A DNA stretch of 64,000 bases from Spirochaetota bacterium (GTDB lineage Bacteria > Spirochaetota > Spirochaetia > Treponematales > UBA12059), in the NCBI GenBank assembly GCA_031402655.1, contig JANNSO010000053.1:18536-82535 (forward strand), written 5' to 3'. Positions 29,516-37,963 of this stretch are shown here, piece by piece. A model generated the notes under the pieces. The model did no database searches and had not been told where the DNA came from. It saw nothing but the letters and a program-made list of their open reading frames with translations. Position 1 is the stretch's first letter. Each line of letters starts with the position of its first letter. The position numbers and the translations under genes were made by a program.

Positions 29516-30063
29516 TTTAAATCCACCTTCTTCATATTGGTAGTTGTTCCGCACTTTTTACAGAAACTATTCTCGTCAAGTCGTTCGCCGCACTTACAAA
29601 CGTACCCGATAATCCGAGCGGGATTTCCGACGACTAGCGCATGCGCAGGTACATTCTTGGTTACAACACTGCCGGCGCCAACCAAAGCATATTCGCCAAT
29701 GATATTGCCACAAATGATAGTCGAATTCGCGCCAATTGAAGAACCTTTTTTGACCAGAGTCGGAGTTATTTTCCAATCCTGATTCATTGCGCGTGGAATC
29801 AAGTCATTTGTAAAGGCAACATTAGGACCAATAAAAACTTCGTCCTCGACGGTCACTCCATGATAAATCGAAACGCCGTTCTGAACCTTCACGCGATCGC
29901 CGATATGCACTTCGGTATCTATATACGTATCCTTGCTTATAATGCAATCACAGCCTATTATCGCATTTTCCCTGATTTGTGAATTTATCCAAATCTTAGT
30001 ACCGCGGCCAATCTTGGCTGCCTGAGATACAACAGCTGTTTCATGTATAAAAGTATCTGACAT
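29512..30063 (-). CDS. Hexapeptide N-acetyltransferase (WbpD/WlbB-like) with C-terminal Cys4 ribbon
   Basis: LbH repeats ([44 protein letters not shown]) followed by [17 protein letters not shown]. Confidence 0.75.
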   Translation of the reverse strand: MSDTFIHETAVVSQAAKIGRGTKIWINSQIRENAIIGCDCIISKDTYIDTEVHIGDRVKVQNGVSIYHGVTVEDEVFIGPNVAFTNDLIPRAMNQDWKITPTLVKKGSSIGANSTIICGNIIGEYALVGAGSVVTKNVPAHALVVGNPARIIGYVCKCGERLDENSFCKKCGTTTNMKKVDLK

Positions 30064-30133
30064 TATTTCTCCTTGGCATTTTTAGCGGAATGCTACTATT
30101 TTCAACGACACTCTATATCCCAATAAGGCAACA

Positions 30134-31453
30134 CTACAGTTTGAATACCTTATCATCCTCAATATGCACCAACTTTACTGCATTCCGTGTATCGACAATC
30201 AGCCGTGCCTTCGATACTATCCTGTCTATGTCAAAGCAAGCATGATTCGTAGTAAATACGACACAATCAGCCTTGGCCAGAATCTCGTCGGTCAATGCAA
30301 CACCTGTCCATTTGTGTCCATGGTCATCCAAAACCTCAGGGATGTACGGGTCATGATAGATAACGTTGCCGCCTTTTTTTACTACCTGCTCCATTACAAG
30401 CAGCGCTGGGCTTTCTCGCGGATCGTCGATGTCAGGCTTATATGCCACACCGAGAAAAAGGATAGTCGATCCGTTTATGGATTTCTTATGCCTGTTCAAA
30501 GCAAAGGCGATCTTGTTCATCATGCGGTGCGGCATAAGATTGTTGATATTGCCCGCGCAATTGATCATCGTAAGGTCGAAATTGAAACCCTTGGCGATAT
30601 ATTCCAGGTAGAAGGGATCAAGAGGAATGCAATGACCGCCTATGCCAGGCCCCGGATAGAATGCCTGAAAACCGTAAGGCTTCGTCTTTGCGGCCTCGAT
30701 GACTTCCCAGATGTTTATATCCATCTTTCCCGAAAGCAGGGCAAGTTCGTTTATCAAACTTATGTTCACCAAACGATAAGTATTCTCGAGGATTTTAACC
30801 ATTTCCGCCGCCCGGGGGGAGCTTACGAAATGGAGGTGCTGAATCGCTTTACTGTAAAGGGCTTCCGCTATCTTCTGGGCTTGTTCCCCGAGCGCGCCGA
30901 CAACTTTAGGCGTATTATCGGTTTTGTAATCCTTGTTGCCCGGATCCACTCGTTCGGGACTGAAACACAACCAAAAATCGATTCCTTCCTTCATTCCGGA
31001 TTCCCGCTCGATTATCGGTTTCATAAAATCTTCGGTGGTAGTAGGATACGTCGTGCTTTCAAGGCTTATGAAGGTGCCTGATTTCATGTATTTGCCTATA
31101 TCTACGCACGAAGCCTCGATGTAGCTCATATCGGGTTTTTTAAATTTATCGAGAGGAGTCGGAACGCAAATAATGGCGGCTTCACATTCCTTGATGCGTG
31201 AAAAATCCGTTGTTGCGGTAATTTTCTTAGCCTTTACAACTTCGGCGAATTCTTCATCCTTGATGTCCCCGATATAGTTCTTGCCTGCATTTACGGCTAC
31301 CGCCTTTTTTGCGCTTTTCTCGAAACCGAGTATTTCGATTCCTTTACGGGCAAACGCCACCGCAAGGGGCAGGCCGACATATCCAAGGCCGATGATACCT
31401 ATTTTTACTTTGTTTTCTTCAATTTTTTTCATTATCGTTTCAAAGTTGCTCAT
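30134..31453 (-). CDS. UDP-N-acetyl-hexosamine 6-dehydrogenase (WbpA/WecC-type nucleotide-sugar dehydrogenase)
   Basis: IGIIGLGYVGLPLAVAFA and the catalytic GPGIGGHCIPLDP. About 440 aa. Confidence 0.85.
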   Translation of the reverse strand: MSNFETIMKKIEENKVKIGIIGLGYVGLPLAVAFARKGIEILGFEKSAKKAVAVNAGKNYIGDIKDEEFAEVVKAKKITATTDFSRIKECEAAIICVPTPLDKFKKPDMSYIEASCVDIGKYMKSGTFISLESTTYPTTTEDFMKPIIERESGMKEGIDFWLCFSPERVDPGNKDYKTDNTPKVVGALGEQAQKIAEALYSKAIQHLHFVSSPRAAEMVKILENTYRLVNISLINELALLSGKMDINIWEVIEAAKTKPYGFQAFYPGPGIGGHCIPLDPFYLEYIAKGFNFDLTMINCAGNINNLMPHRMMNKIAFALNRHKKSINGSTILFLGVAYKPDIDDPRESPALLVMEQVVKKGGNVIYHDPYIPEVLDDHGHKWTGVALTDEILAKADCVVFTTNHACFDIDRIVSKARLIVDTRNAVKLVHIEDDKVFKL

Positions 31454-31475
31454 AGTCTCTCCCTATTTCCTTTCC

Positions 31476-32342
31476 TTATTTGCCAGCGCTTACAAGTATC
31501 CTGTCGGTAATTTGATGAAAAAACTCCCGCGACCACAGATCCAGATCCGATGGAACGGGGATAAATCGCGAAACATCTTCCCGTGCGGCATTGATGTCCA
31601 GACTGTCAATCTTCTGATGCAGCATCGTGCGCGCGTCATCCGCGGTCATTTGCCCACCTGTCCACGCCCCAGATGCTTCCAGTCGGCTCTGCAGGTAGCC
31701 AAGATCCAACGGGATGCTTCTTCCCGCAAAAAACACCAAATCATACCAATCACGCCCTTTTACACGGTTTTTCCATGCGCGCGCCAGAAGGGCATGGAAC
31801 TTGCCCGAAAACATGCTCGACCCCGTATAAGCACGCACCCCTATGGGCGAAGGTTCGGACAGGAGGCGGGTCTCGGTTCCGAATCCCGCCGGAGGGTCGA
31901 CATCCGCCTCGAATTTAACCCGGATCATCCTGTTGCCCGCGGTGGAAGCGGACAAGGAAGAGGGTACACCGATAACGACGAATGCCTTCTTCGTATTCAT
32001 CTTAAGGAACGCAGATTCGATGGATGTATCCTTGTCACGGCGTTCCAGCTCTATATCCAGACCCAAAGCAGTGAGCTCCCGACTGATGGCGTCGAAATAG
32101 GGATCAAATCGGAACTCCAAATCAGGTCTCAGCAGGGAAAAATCAAGGTCTTCCGAAAAGCGATCCAGCCCATAGAGAAGCCGCAATGCCGTACCGCCGT
32201 AGAACGCGGCTTTCTCGAAGAATTTACCGCGCCACAAGCCAAGCAGCATGAATTCCTGGGCAACCTCCCTGAGGGCCCGGTCATACTCTTCAAAGCCTCG
32301 GGGATTCCTCCGGGCCACGAGAGTGGACAACACGTCCTTCAT
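31476..32342 (-). CDS. abiEii: AbiEii/AbiGii-family nucleotidyltransferase toxin (type IV TA)
   Basis: FYGGTALRLLYGLDRFSEDLDFSL signature and ~288 aa. The start lies 2 nt after the stop of the AbiEi-like gene. Confidence 0.85.
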   Translation of the reverse strand: MKDVLSTLVARRNPRGFEEYDRALREVAQEFMLLGLWRGKFFEKAAFYGGTALRLLYGLDRFSEDLDFSLLRPDLEFRFDPYFDAISRELTALGLDIELERRDKDTSIESAFLKMNTKKAFVVIGVPSSLSASTAGNRMIRVKFEADVDPPAGFGTETRLLSEPSPIGVRAYTGSSMFSGKFHALLARAWKNRVKGRDWYDLVFFAGRSIPLDLGYLQSRLEASGAWTGGQMTADDARTMLHQKIDSLDINAAREDVSRFIPVPSDLDLWSREFFHQITDRILVSAGK

Positions 32343-32344
32343 AC

Positions 32345-32950
32345 TTAAAGCCTCCGCGCAAGATACTCAAAAAACGAGCGAACCGATGGGTTGGCGCGAC
32401 TGCTTAGAGCCGCTTTTATAGGCGAGAAATCCAGGTGTAAAAAATCTGACTCGTCCACCCTGAGATTTTCAAACAGGTGCTGCTCGATCTCCACAGTCCT
32501 CAAGCCTGGAGTCCGCACCGTCAGTGTATCGATAAGTGCCTTTTCCGGCGTCGCGAGCAGGTAGCTTCGACGAGTATCCACCGCTGTATAGCTTATGGCA
32601 AAGGAGTATGACCGTACTGGTAGATGCTCATATTCAAACCGTCCAAGAGGGGTATCATAGCACTTCCGGCGCTGCGTGGTGACAGAAGTAACGGTTTCCA
32701 CAGCCTCGGGAATCAGACCATGGTACCTCAAGGCATACTCAAGCGAAACATACGACGGCCCGTAGATAAGGTTTGCAAGTACCTCTTTGGAACACCAATC
32801 CCGGCTATCGGTTGTAACGTATAATCCCTTCTTGACGCGGACCAGCTCTCCGGAACGGAGAAGCGTGGTAACCCTGTCACGGGGATACGCATACCCGGAA
32901 AGAGCTTGCATGAGGGTCTGGTAATCTATTTCAGGTATTTCAAACTTCAT
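32345..32950 (-). CDS. abiEi: AbiEi-family antitoxin/transcriptional regulator
   Basis: N-terminal wHTH with ELVRVKKGLY, ~200 aa, immediately upstream of abiEii. Confidence 0.8.
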   Translation of the reverse strand: MKFEIPEIDYQTLMQALSGYAYPRDRVTTLLRSGELVRVKKGLYVTTDSRDWCSKEVLANLIYGPSYVSLEYALRYHGLIPEAVETVTSVTTQRRKCYDTPLGRFEYEHLPVRSYSFAISYTAVDTRRSYLLATPEKALIDTLTVRTPGLRTVEIEQHLFENLRVDESDFLHLDFSPIKAALSSRANPSVRSFFEYLARRL

Positions 32951-32957
32951 TATTCAA

Positions 32958-32999
32958 CCAGTATGTCGACATTATATCGACATACTGGCTAAATTGCAA
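32958..32999 (-). promoter_or_regulatory. abiE promoter (TTGCAA-17-TATAAT) with an overlapping 12-bp perfect inverted repeat
   Basis: Minus strand reads TTGCAA tttagCCAGTATGTCGA TATAAT g TCGACATACTGG ttgaata ATG. The -35 is at 32994-32999 and the -10 at 32971-32976. The IR arms are 32977-32988 and 32958-32969. Confidence 0.6.
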
Positions 33000-33006
33000 T
33001 GCGTGT

Positions 33007-33603
33007 TTACAGACTAACAAGCGTATCGCCGGATTTTTGATAGCGCTGGCCGCATTCCGGGCATGCCAAATCCTCTCCCAGTTTCACGCCGCACTCGCAT
33101 ACCCAGCCATGCACGCGGGCGGGGCTTCCGTAAACCAGGGCGTAAGCCGGAACATCCTTCGTAACGACGCTACCTGCCCCCACGAAGCAATACTCGCCAA
33201 GCGTCGATCCGCACACTACTGTGGCGTTTGCGCCTATGCTTGCGCCCTTCTTGACGAGCGTGCGGCGATATTCGTGTTTGCGCTCGATAAAAGCGCGCGG
33301 GTTGTTAACGTTTGTAAATACCATCGAAGGTCCGCAGAATACATCGTCCTCCAGTATAACGTCATCGTAGATGGAAACGTTATTCTGCACCTTCACGCCG
33401 TTTCCCAGAACGGCTTTGCTTCCGATGTTTACGTTTTGGCCTATCGAACAACGACAGCCTATCTTGGCACCCGGCATTACGTGGCTGAAGTGCCACACCC
33501 GGGTATCCTTGCCGATCTCTGCGCCTTCGTCGACATAAGCCGATTCGTGTTTCTTGTATTCGCCGCCTTCGCAGGTGACGCCGATTAATTCGCTTGATGC
33601 CAT
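33007..33603 (-). CDS. Hexapeptide N-acetyltransferase (WbpD/WlbB-like) with C-terminal Cys4 ribbon
   Basis: Paralogue of 29512-30063, about half of positions identical by eye. Ends in [17 protein letters not shown]. Confidence 0.75.
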   Translation of the reverse strand: MASSELIGVTCEGGEYKKHESAYVDEGAEIGKDTRVWHFSHVMPGAKIGCRCSIGQNVNIGSKAVLGNGVKVQNNVSIYDDVILEDDVFCGPSMVFTNVNNPRAFIERKHEYRRTLVKKGASIGANATVVCGSTLGEYCFVGAGSVVTKDVPAYALVYGSPARVHGWVCECGVKLGEDLACPECGQRYQKSGDTLVSL

Positions 33604-33624
33604 ATTTTTATAGCCCCTTGAACG

Positions 33625-34740
33625 TTATTTATAAAAAGATGCAACCATGTCGCATACATAATCAATTTCATCATCCCGCATTTCCGGATAGATGGGCAGG
33701 GCTAATATCTCCTTGCAGACGCGTTCCGCAACTGGAAAATCTCCAGCCTTGTGACCAAGATATTCGAAGCATTTCTGCAGATGCAAGGGTATCGGATAAT
33801 ACACCGAAGTTCCTATTTCCTTTTCCTTGAGCCATGCCGCCAGCTCGTCGCGTTTCTGTACCAGAATGTTGTATACATAGGTCACGGGTTTCGCATCCGA
33901 TCGCACTCCGGGAATCCTGAGCCCGGGTATGCTTGAAAGCCGCTGGGTGTAATGGGCGGCGTGACGAGCCCTGGTCTCAATCGCTGCGGCGGTCGTCTTA
34001 AGCTTTACCCGCAGGATGGCGGCCTGCATCGTGTCGAGACGGGAATTATAGCCCACATAATCATGGTGATATTTTACGGAGCTGCCATGAACATGGTAGC
34101 TCTTGATTTTTTTGTACAGCTCTTCGTCATTCGTAACCATAAGGCCGGCATCGCCGTAAGCGCCGAGGGTCTTTGTGGGGAAGTACGAGTACAAACCGAT
34201 ATCGCCGATCGTACCGGCTTTTTTCCAGGTTCCGTCGATCTTTGATTCCATGCCCCACGCTTCCGCGGCATCTTCGAGTACCTTGAGCCCATGGCGCTTT
34301 GCCAATGCCATGGCTTCGGCCATCGGGGTAGGTTGTTGGAAAAGATGGACCGGAATCATTCCTACAGTCCGCTTCGTAACTTTCCGCTCGGCCTGAACGA
34401 GATCCATATTAAGGGTATCTTCGTCCATATCTACGAGAATGGGCTTCCCACCCAAGCGCGCGACGCAGGAAGTGCTCGCGAAAAAAGTAAACGTTGGCGT
34501 AAGAACTTCCGCGCCGTCCTTGAATCCAAGTATATCGGCGCCTATTACCAGCGCATCCGAACCCGAGGCGACGCCGACGGCATATTTCGCGCCGAGGAAC
34601 GCGGCAGCTTCCTTTTCGAATTCCGCGACCTCGCTCCCGAGTATAAAATCGCCGCGCTCCATAACGCCTATCACCGCAGTGTCGAATTCTTTCTTGCGCG
34701 CCTGGTATTCACGGGTCGAGGTATAAAACGGTACGTTCAT
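33625..34740 (-). CDS. DegT-family aminotransferase (WbpE/WlbC-like)
   Basis: ATG at 34740 (MNVPFYTSTREY). YSYFPTKTLGAYGDAG contains the PLP lysine. The 29-codon upstream extension in the ORF track is unlikely. Confidence 0.85.
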   Translation of the reverse strand: MNVPFYTSTREYQARKKEFDTAVIGVMERGDFILGSEVAEFEKEAAAFLGAKYAVGVASGSDALVIGADILGFKDGAEVLTPTFTFFASTSCVARLGGKPILVDMDEDTLNMDLVQAERKVTKRTVGMIPVHLFQQPTPMAEAMALAKRHGLKVLEDAAEAWGMESKIDGTWKKAGTIGDIGLYSYFPTKTLGAYGDAGLMVTNDEELYKKIKSYHVHGSSVKYHHDYVGYNSRLDTMQAAILRVKLKTTAAAIETRARHAAHYTQRLSSIPGLRIPGVRSDAKPVTYVYNILVQKRDELAAWLKEKEIGTSVYYPIPLHLQKCFEYLGHKAGDFPVAERVCKEILALPIYPEMRDDEIDYVCDMVASFYK

Positions 34741-34762
34741 GTGCATCTCCTGGTCTGTCGAT

Positions 34763-35863
34763 TTATGTAAGCAGTTTTTCCACGATTTTAACGGCGGCGC
34801 TTCCATCGCCGTAAAGCGCCGTTCCATCCCTGGGAATCAGTGGATGCTTGATGGCATCCATTATCATGCCGCGATCGGCGCCGACCAGAACGTTCCAGCC
34901 GTGCTCGACCAGTTCGACCCACTCGGTCGAGTCGCGCATCGTCGCGCAGGGTTTTCCGAAAAAATAAGCCTCCTTCTGGACGCCACCCGAATCGGTAAGC
35001 ACGAAGGAACAGGCGTCCTCGAGGCAAAGCATTTCGTAATAGCCTACGGGATCCAAAAGGCGGACGTGCGAGCCGAAAGATAATCCCCGCTGCAGCATTA
35101 TCTTCCTGGTCCGCGGGTGTATCGGAAATACCGCGGACTTTTCGGGCACGGAATTTATGGCTTCCACTATCGCCGAAAGCCGCTCCGGATCGTCGGTATT
35201 TTCCGCACGATGTATGGTCAGCAAGTAAAAATCCCCGGGCAATCCGTCAAGAACCTTCCCCGCTCGCGCGAAAGCGTTCTTCCTGTAATAGGATGATGCG
35301 TCCAGCATGATATCGCCGCAGATCGTCACCGATTTAAAGTCGGAAGTCGCGCGGGGAACCGCCACATCGACGATTCCCTCCATCGCGAGATTCGATACGG
35401 CGGTAGCGGTGGGGCAAAACAGCCACGTTGAGATATGATCGGTCAAGCGGCGGTTCTGCTCTTCGGGCATCGCCATCATGCGGGAACGAAGTCCCGCTTC
35501 CACATGGGCTACCGGGACATGCAGTTTGGACGCGGCCAAAGCACCGGCCAGCGTGGAGTTCGTGTCGCCGTAAACCAGAAGAATGTCTGGTTTACGTTCA
35601 AGGATCAGCGTCTCAATCCCCGCCAGCATTGTTCCCGTCATGGCTCCATGGCTTCCCGAACCGACATTCAGGTTGGCGTCGGGCGCGGGAATCTCCATGT
35701 CGCGAAAAAACACCTCGGACATATTTTCGTCGTAATGCTGTCCCGTATGCACGAGCGTCTCGCGTATTCTGCCCGAATACGCCGGGGAACGTATGAGGCG
35801 ACTCAGTACCGCAGCCTTTACGAACTGCGGCCTGGCTCCCACGATAGTCATTATATGAAGCAT
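34763..35863 (-). CDS. wecB: UDP-N-acetylglucosamine (or UDP-diNAc-glucuronate) 2-epimerase, non-hydrolysing
   Basis: IVGARPQFVKAAV, HVEAGLRS and TDSGGVQKEA motifs. Confidence 0.9.
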   Translation of the reverse strand: MLHIMTIVGARPQFVKAAVLSRLIRSPAYSGRIRETLVHTGQHYDENMSEVFFRDMEIPAPDANLNVGSGSHGAMTGTMLAGIETLILERKPDILLVYGDTNSTLAGALAASKLHVPVAHVEAGLRSRMMAMPEEQNRRLTDHISTWLFCPTATAVSNLAMEGIVDVAVPRATSDFKSVTICGDIMLDASSYYRKNAFARAGKVLDGLPGDFYLLTIHRAENTDDPERLSAIVEAINSVPEKSAVFPIHPRTRKIMLQRGLSFGSHVRLLDPVGYYEMLCLEDACSFVLTDSGGVQKEAYFFGKPCATMRDSTEWVELVEHGWNVLVGADRGMIMDAIKHPLIPRDGTALYGDGSAAVKIVEKLLT

Positions 35864-35895
35864 CGATACATCCTGCTTTTTCCTTGCGTTAACCT

Positions 35896-36993
35896 TTAAT
35901 TACTGAAGATGCCCTTCATTTCCTCGGTCGAGAAAGCGCACGGCAGGTCTACGGGCAACCCGGTCTTCTGGCTCTTGTAAATAGCCAGGATTATCTCGAG
36001 CGCTTTTCTGCCTTTTTCGCCGGAAACAAAGGGCTCGCGCCCGCTGGTTATGGCATCGACCACGTCCCGGAACAAGGCAACGTGCCCAAAACCGTAGACG
36101 GTGGGCGGATCTTTTTCATTCGGGTTGAGTACTTTAGATTCAGTATCCCCGACGGCTTCCGCATCCGAGAAGCGCCAGGTCTCCATCTTGTTAACCGCGA
36201 GGCCGCCGATGACGACGGTCCCTTTCTCTCCAAAAAGCGAAAGCGTCTCGTTGAGATTCGTAGGATAGACATCCGCCGTACCTTCGATGATTCCCACCGC
36301 TCCGCTCGCAAACTCGATGATGGCCGCGCCGAAATCCTCAGCCTCTATCGGTCTGAGGAATCGCCTGGTCTGGGCTTGCACGCGAACCGCGTCCTCTCCC
36401 ATCATCCACTGCAGCAGGTCGATGCCATGCGTACACTGATTCATAAGCGTACCGCCATCGAGCTTCCAGGTTCCGCGCCAGGGAGCTTCGGCGTAATAGC
36501 CTTCATTCCTGTTCCAGCGAATCTGTACCATGCCATGGAGCAATCTTCCGAAGCGGCCGGCTTTTTTTGCGGCATGCAATTTTTGAATGGGTGCGTTAAA
36601 GCGATTCTGGAAACAGACTGCAAGCTTCCTGTCGGCCTTCCTGGCCGCGGCCAACATGGCGTCAGCATCCTGAGTGGACAGCGCCATGGGCTTTTCTACG
36701 ATTACGTGGACCCCTGCCTCCAGGCAATCGATCACGATACGCGCATGATAGCCCGACTCGGTCGCAATAGTTACGATGTCCGGCTTTTTTTCTCGCAGCA
36801 TCGTTTTATAATCCGCATATACACCAACTTCCGCCGCTGGAACGGACTTGCGATACTCGGCAGCTTTGGCCTGAGCCCTGTCTAGCAGCGGATCGCAGCA
36901 CGATATAAGAGCCATGCAATCTGCATTTGCGACAAACGATTCAATGTGCTTGAAACTTATTCGGCCGCAACCAATTAATCCTACTGTAAGCAT
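35896..36993 (-). CDS. Gfo/Idh/MocA-family oxidoreductase (WbpB-like)
   Basis: ATG at 36993 is preceded by AGGGAG (the 37014 start is TTG). MLTVGLIGCGRIS and the VIVEKPM motif. First gene of the glycan array. Confidence 0.75.
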   Translation of the reverse strand: MLTVGLIGCGRISFKHIESFVANADCMALISCCDPLLDRAQAKAAEYRKSVPAAEVGVYADYKTMLREKKPDIVTIATESGYHARIVIDCLEAGVHVIVEKPMALSTQDADAMLAAARKADRKLAVCFQNRFNAPIQKLHAAKKAGRFGRLLHGMVQIRWNRNEGYYAEAPWRGTWKLDGGTLMNQCTHGIDLLQWMMGEDAVRVQAQTRRFLRPIEAEDFGAAIIEFASGAVGIIEGTADVYPTNLNETLSLFGEKGTVVIGGLAVNKMETWRFSDAEAVGDTESKVLNPNEKDPPTVYGFGHVALFRDVVDAITSGREPFVSGEKGRKALEIILAIYKSQKTGLPVDLPCAFSTEEMKGIFSN

Positions 36994-37246
36994 AAAAACT
37001 CCCTGATTAAACAATATTTAATTTGAAAAATCGCTTCGTTAGGCATGTGATCATAGACTAACTAATCGATATGCTAGTCCTCGTCGCCGCCTCTTCGCGA
37101 ATCGTCGACTCGAGAGCCGAATAACCAAACCCGGGCTTCCTCTCCAAGGCTGAGGGGTGGCGTATAGAGAATATTTTTTTTCTGTTCAGCATTTAGGGCA
37201 GCTCTGATAACTACAAAAAAATTGATTTGTAATAACTACCGCAAAA

Positions 37247-37477
37247 TTACTTTGAAATATTAAAAAAATCCGATATAGTCATGCCTATATCTATTTTAAT
37301 AATCTTCGACAACAAACCCTTGGGAACGTCTTTGGAACCATGGTCGGGGATAGTTGTTTTTCGTCCATCAACATGCACATAACGAATATGGGAGCCTTTC
37401 TGCCGCGTTGCTACGAAACCAAGCGTCTGTATACGCCTTCTCAGTTCGGAAAAGGTAATTGTAGGCTCGGTACTCAT
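37247..37477 (-). CDS. hicA: HicA-family mRNA interferase toxin
   Basis: MSTEPTITFSELRRRIQTLGFVATRQKGSHIRYVH..TTIPDHGSKDVPKGLLSKIIK. ATG at 37477 forms an ATGA overlap with the hicB stop. Confidence 0.85.
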   Translation of the reverse strand: MSTEPTITFSELRRRIQTLGFVATRQKGSHIRYVHVDGRKTTIPDHGSKDVPKGLLSKIIKIDIGMTISDFFNISK

Positions 37478-37695
37478 CCAACTGCCAACTCGATATCTCT
37501 GACACCAAGAAAAGTTGTATTGGTCCCGGTATCCTGGGACTCCTCGAGGCATAGTTCAATAGCTTCACGCATATTCTCAAGTGCATCATCTAAACTAGCG
37601 CCATAGGAGCGACAACCCTTAAATGAAGGGCACTCGACGATATAAATCCCATCTGTGTCGATATCAATCAAAACCGGAAAATGGCGTTTATGCAT
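37474..37695 (-). CDS. hicB: HicB-family antitoxin
   Basis: MHKRHFPVLIDIDTDGIYIVECPSFKGCRSYGASLDDALENMREAIELCLEE (UPF0150/HicB N-domain). ATG at 37695 is preceded by GGAGGT. Confidence 0.8.
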   Translation of the reverse strand: MHKRHFPVLIDIDTDGIYIVECPSFKGCRSYGASLDDALENMREAIELCLEESQDTGTNTTFLGVRDIELAVG

Positions 37696-37799
37696 GTGAC
37701 CTCCAGCTTTACTTATCGTGTTCAAGGTATAATGCTATATAAAAATCAGCAAAGGCATCCCGGATCGCCCGCTAGTTAGCCTGATCTAAACTGCCATCC

Positions 37800-37954
37800 A
37801 GTACCGGGTATGGCAGTACTGCCTATATATTCAAAGCTTGCGTTGGAAAATCCGACACAGCCCTGCAAACGATGCTTTTCTTCGGCGTACTCTCGCAAGA
37901 GCTCGGCAGACCATGGAAATCGGCCACGAGTGCATTACAAAGCCCCAAGGCCAT
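37800..37954 (-). pseudogene. Frameshifted, 3'-truncated GrpB-family gene remnant
   Basis: Nucleotide homology to the 5' ~150 nt of the GrpB gene at 39934. Both start ATGGC(C/T)TTGGGGCTTTGTAATGC and both contain TTCCAACGCAAGCTTTGAA. A 1-nt deletion leads to TAG after 43 codons, and homology stops near GSTAIPG. Confidence 0.65.
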
Positions 37955-37963
37955 TACCTGCAC

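Noticed and set aside
30164-32348. Long plus-strand ORFs (305 aa at 30164-31081, 355 aa at 31281-32348) opposite wbpA-like and abiEii
   Set aside because: They are antisense shadows of strongly motif-supported minus-strand genes, and their translations are Arg/Pro/Ser-rich with no recognisable domains. The same reasoning applies to 36082-36885, 44289-45167, 51054-51848, 40193-41269, 52745-53282 and the other listed antisense ORFs.
37477-37552. 25-codon N-terminal extension of hicA in the ORF track (start 37552)
   Set aside because: The extension overlaps hicB out of frame. The ATG at 37477 gives a typical 76-aa HicA and the classic ATGA coupling to hicB.
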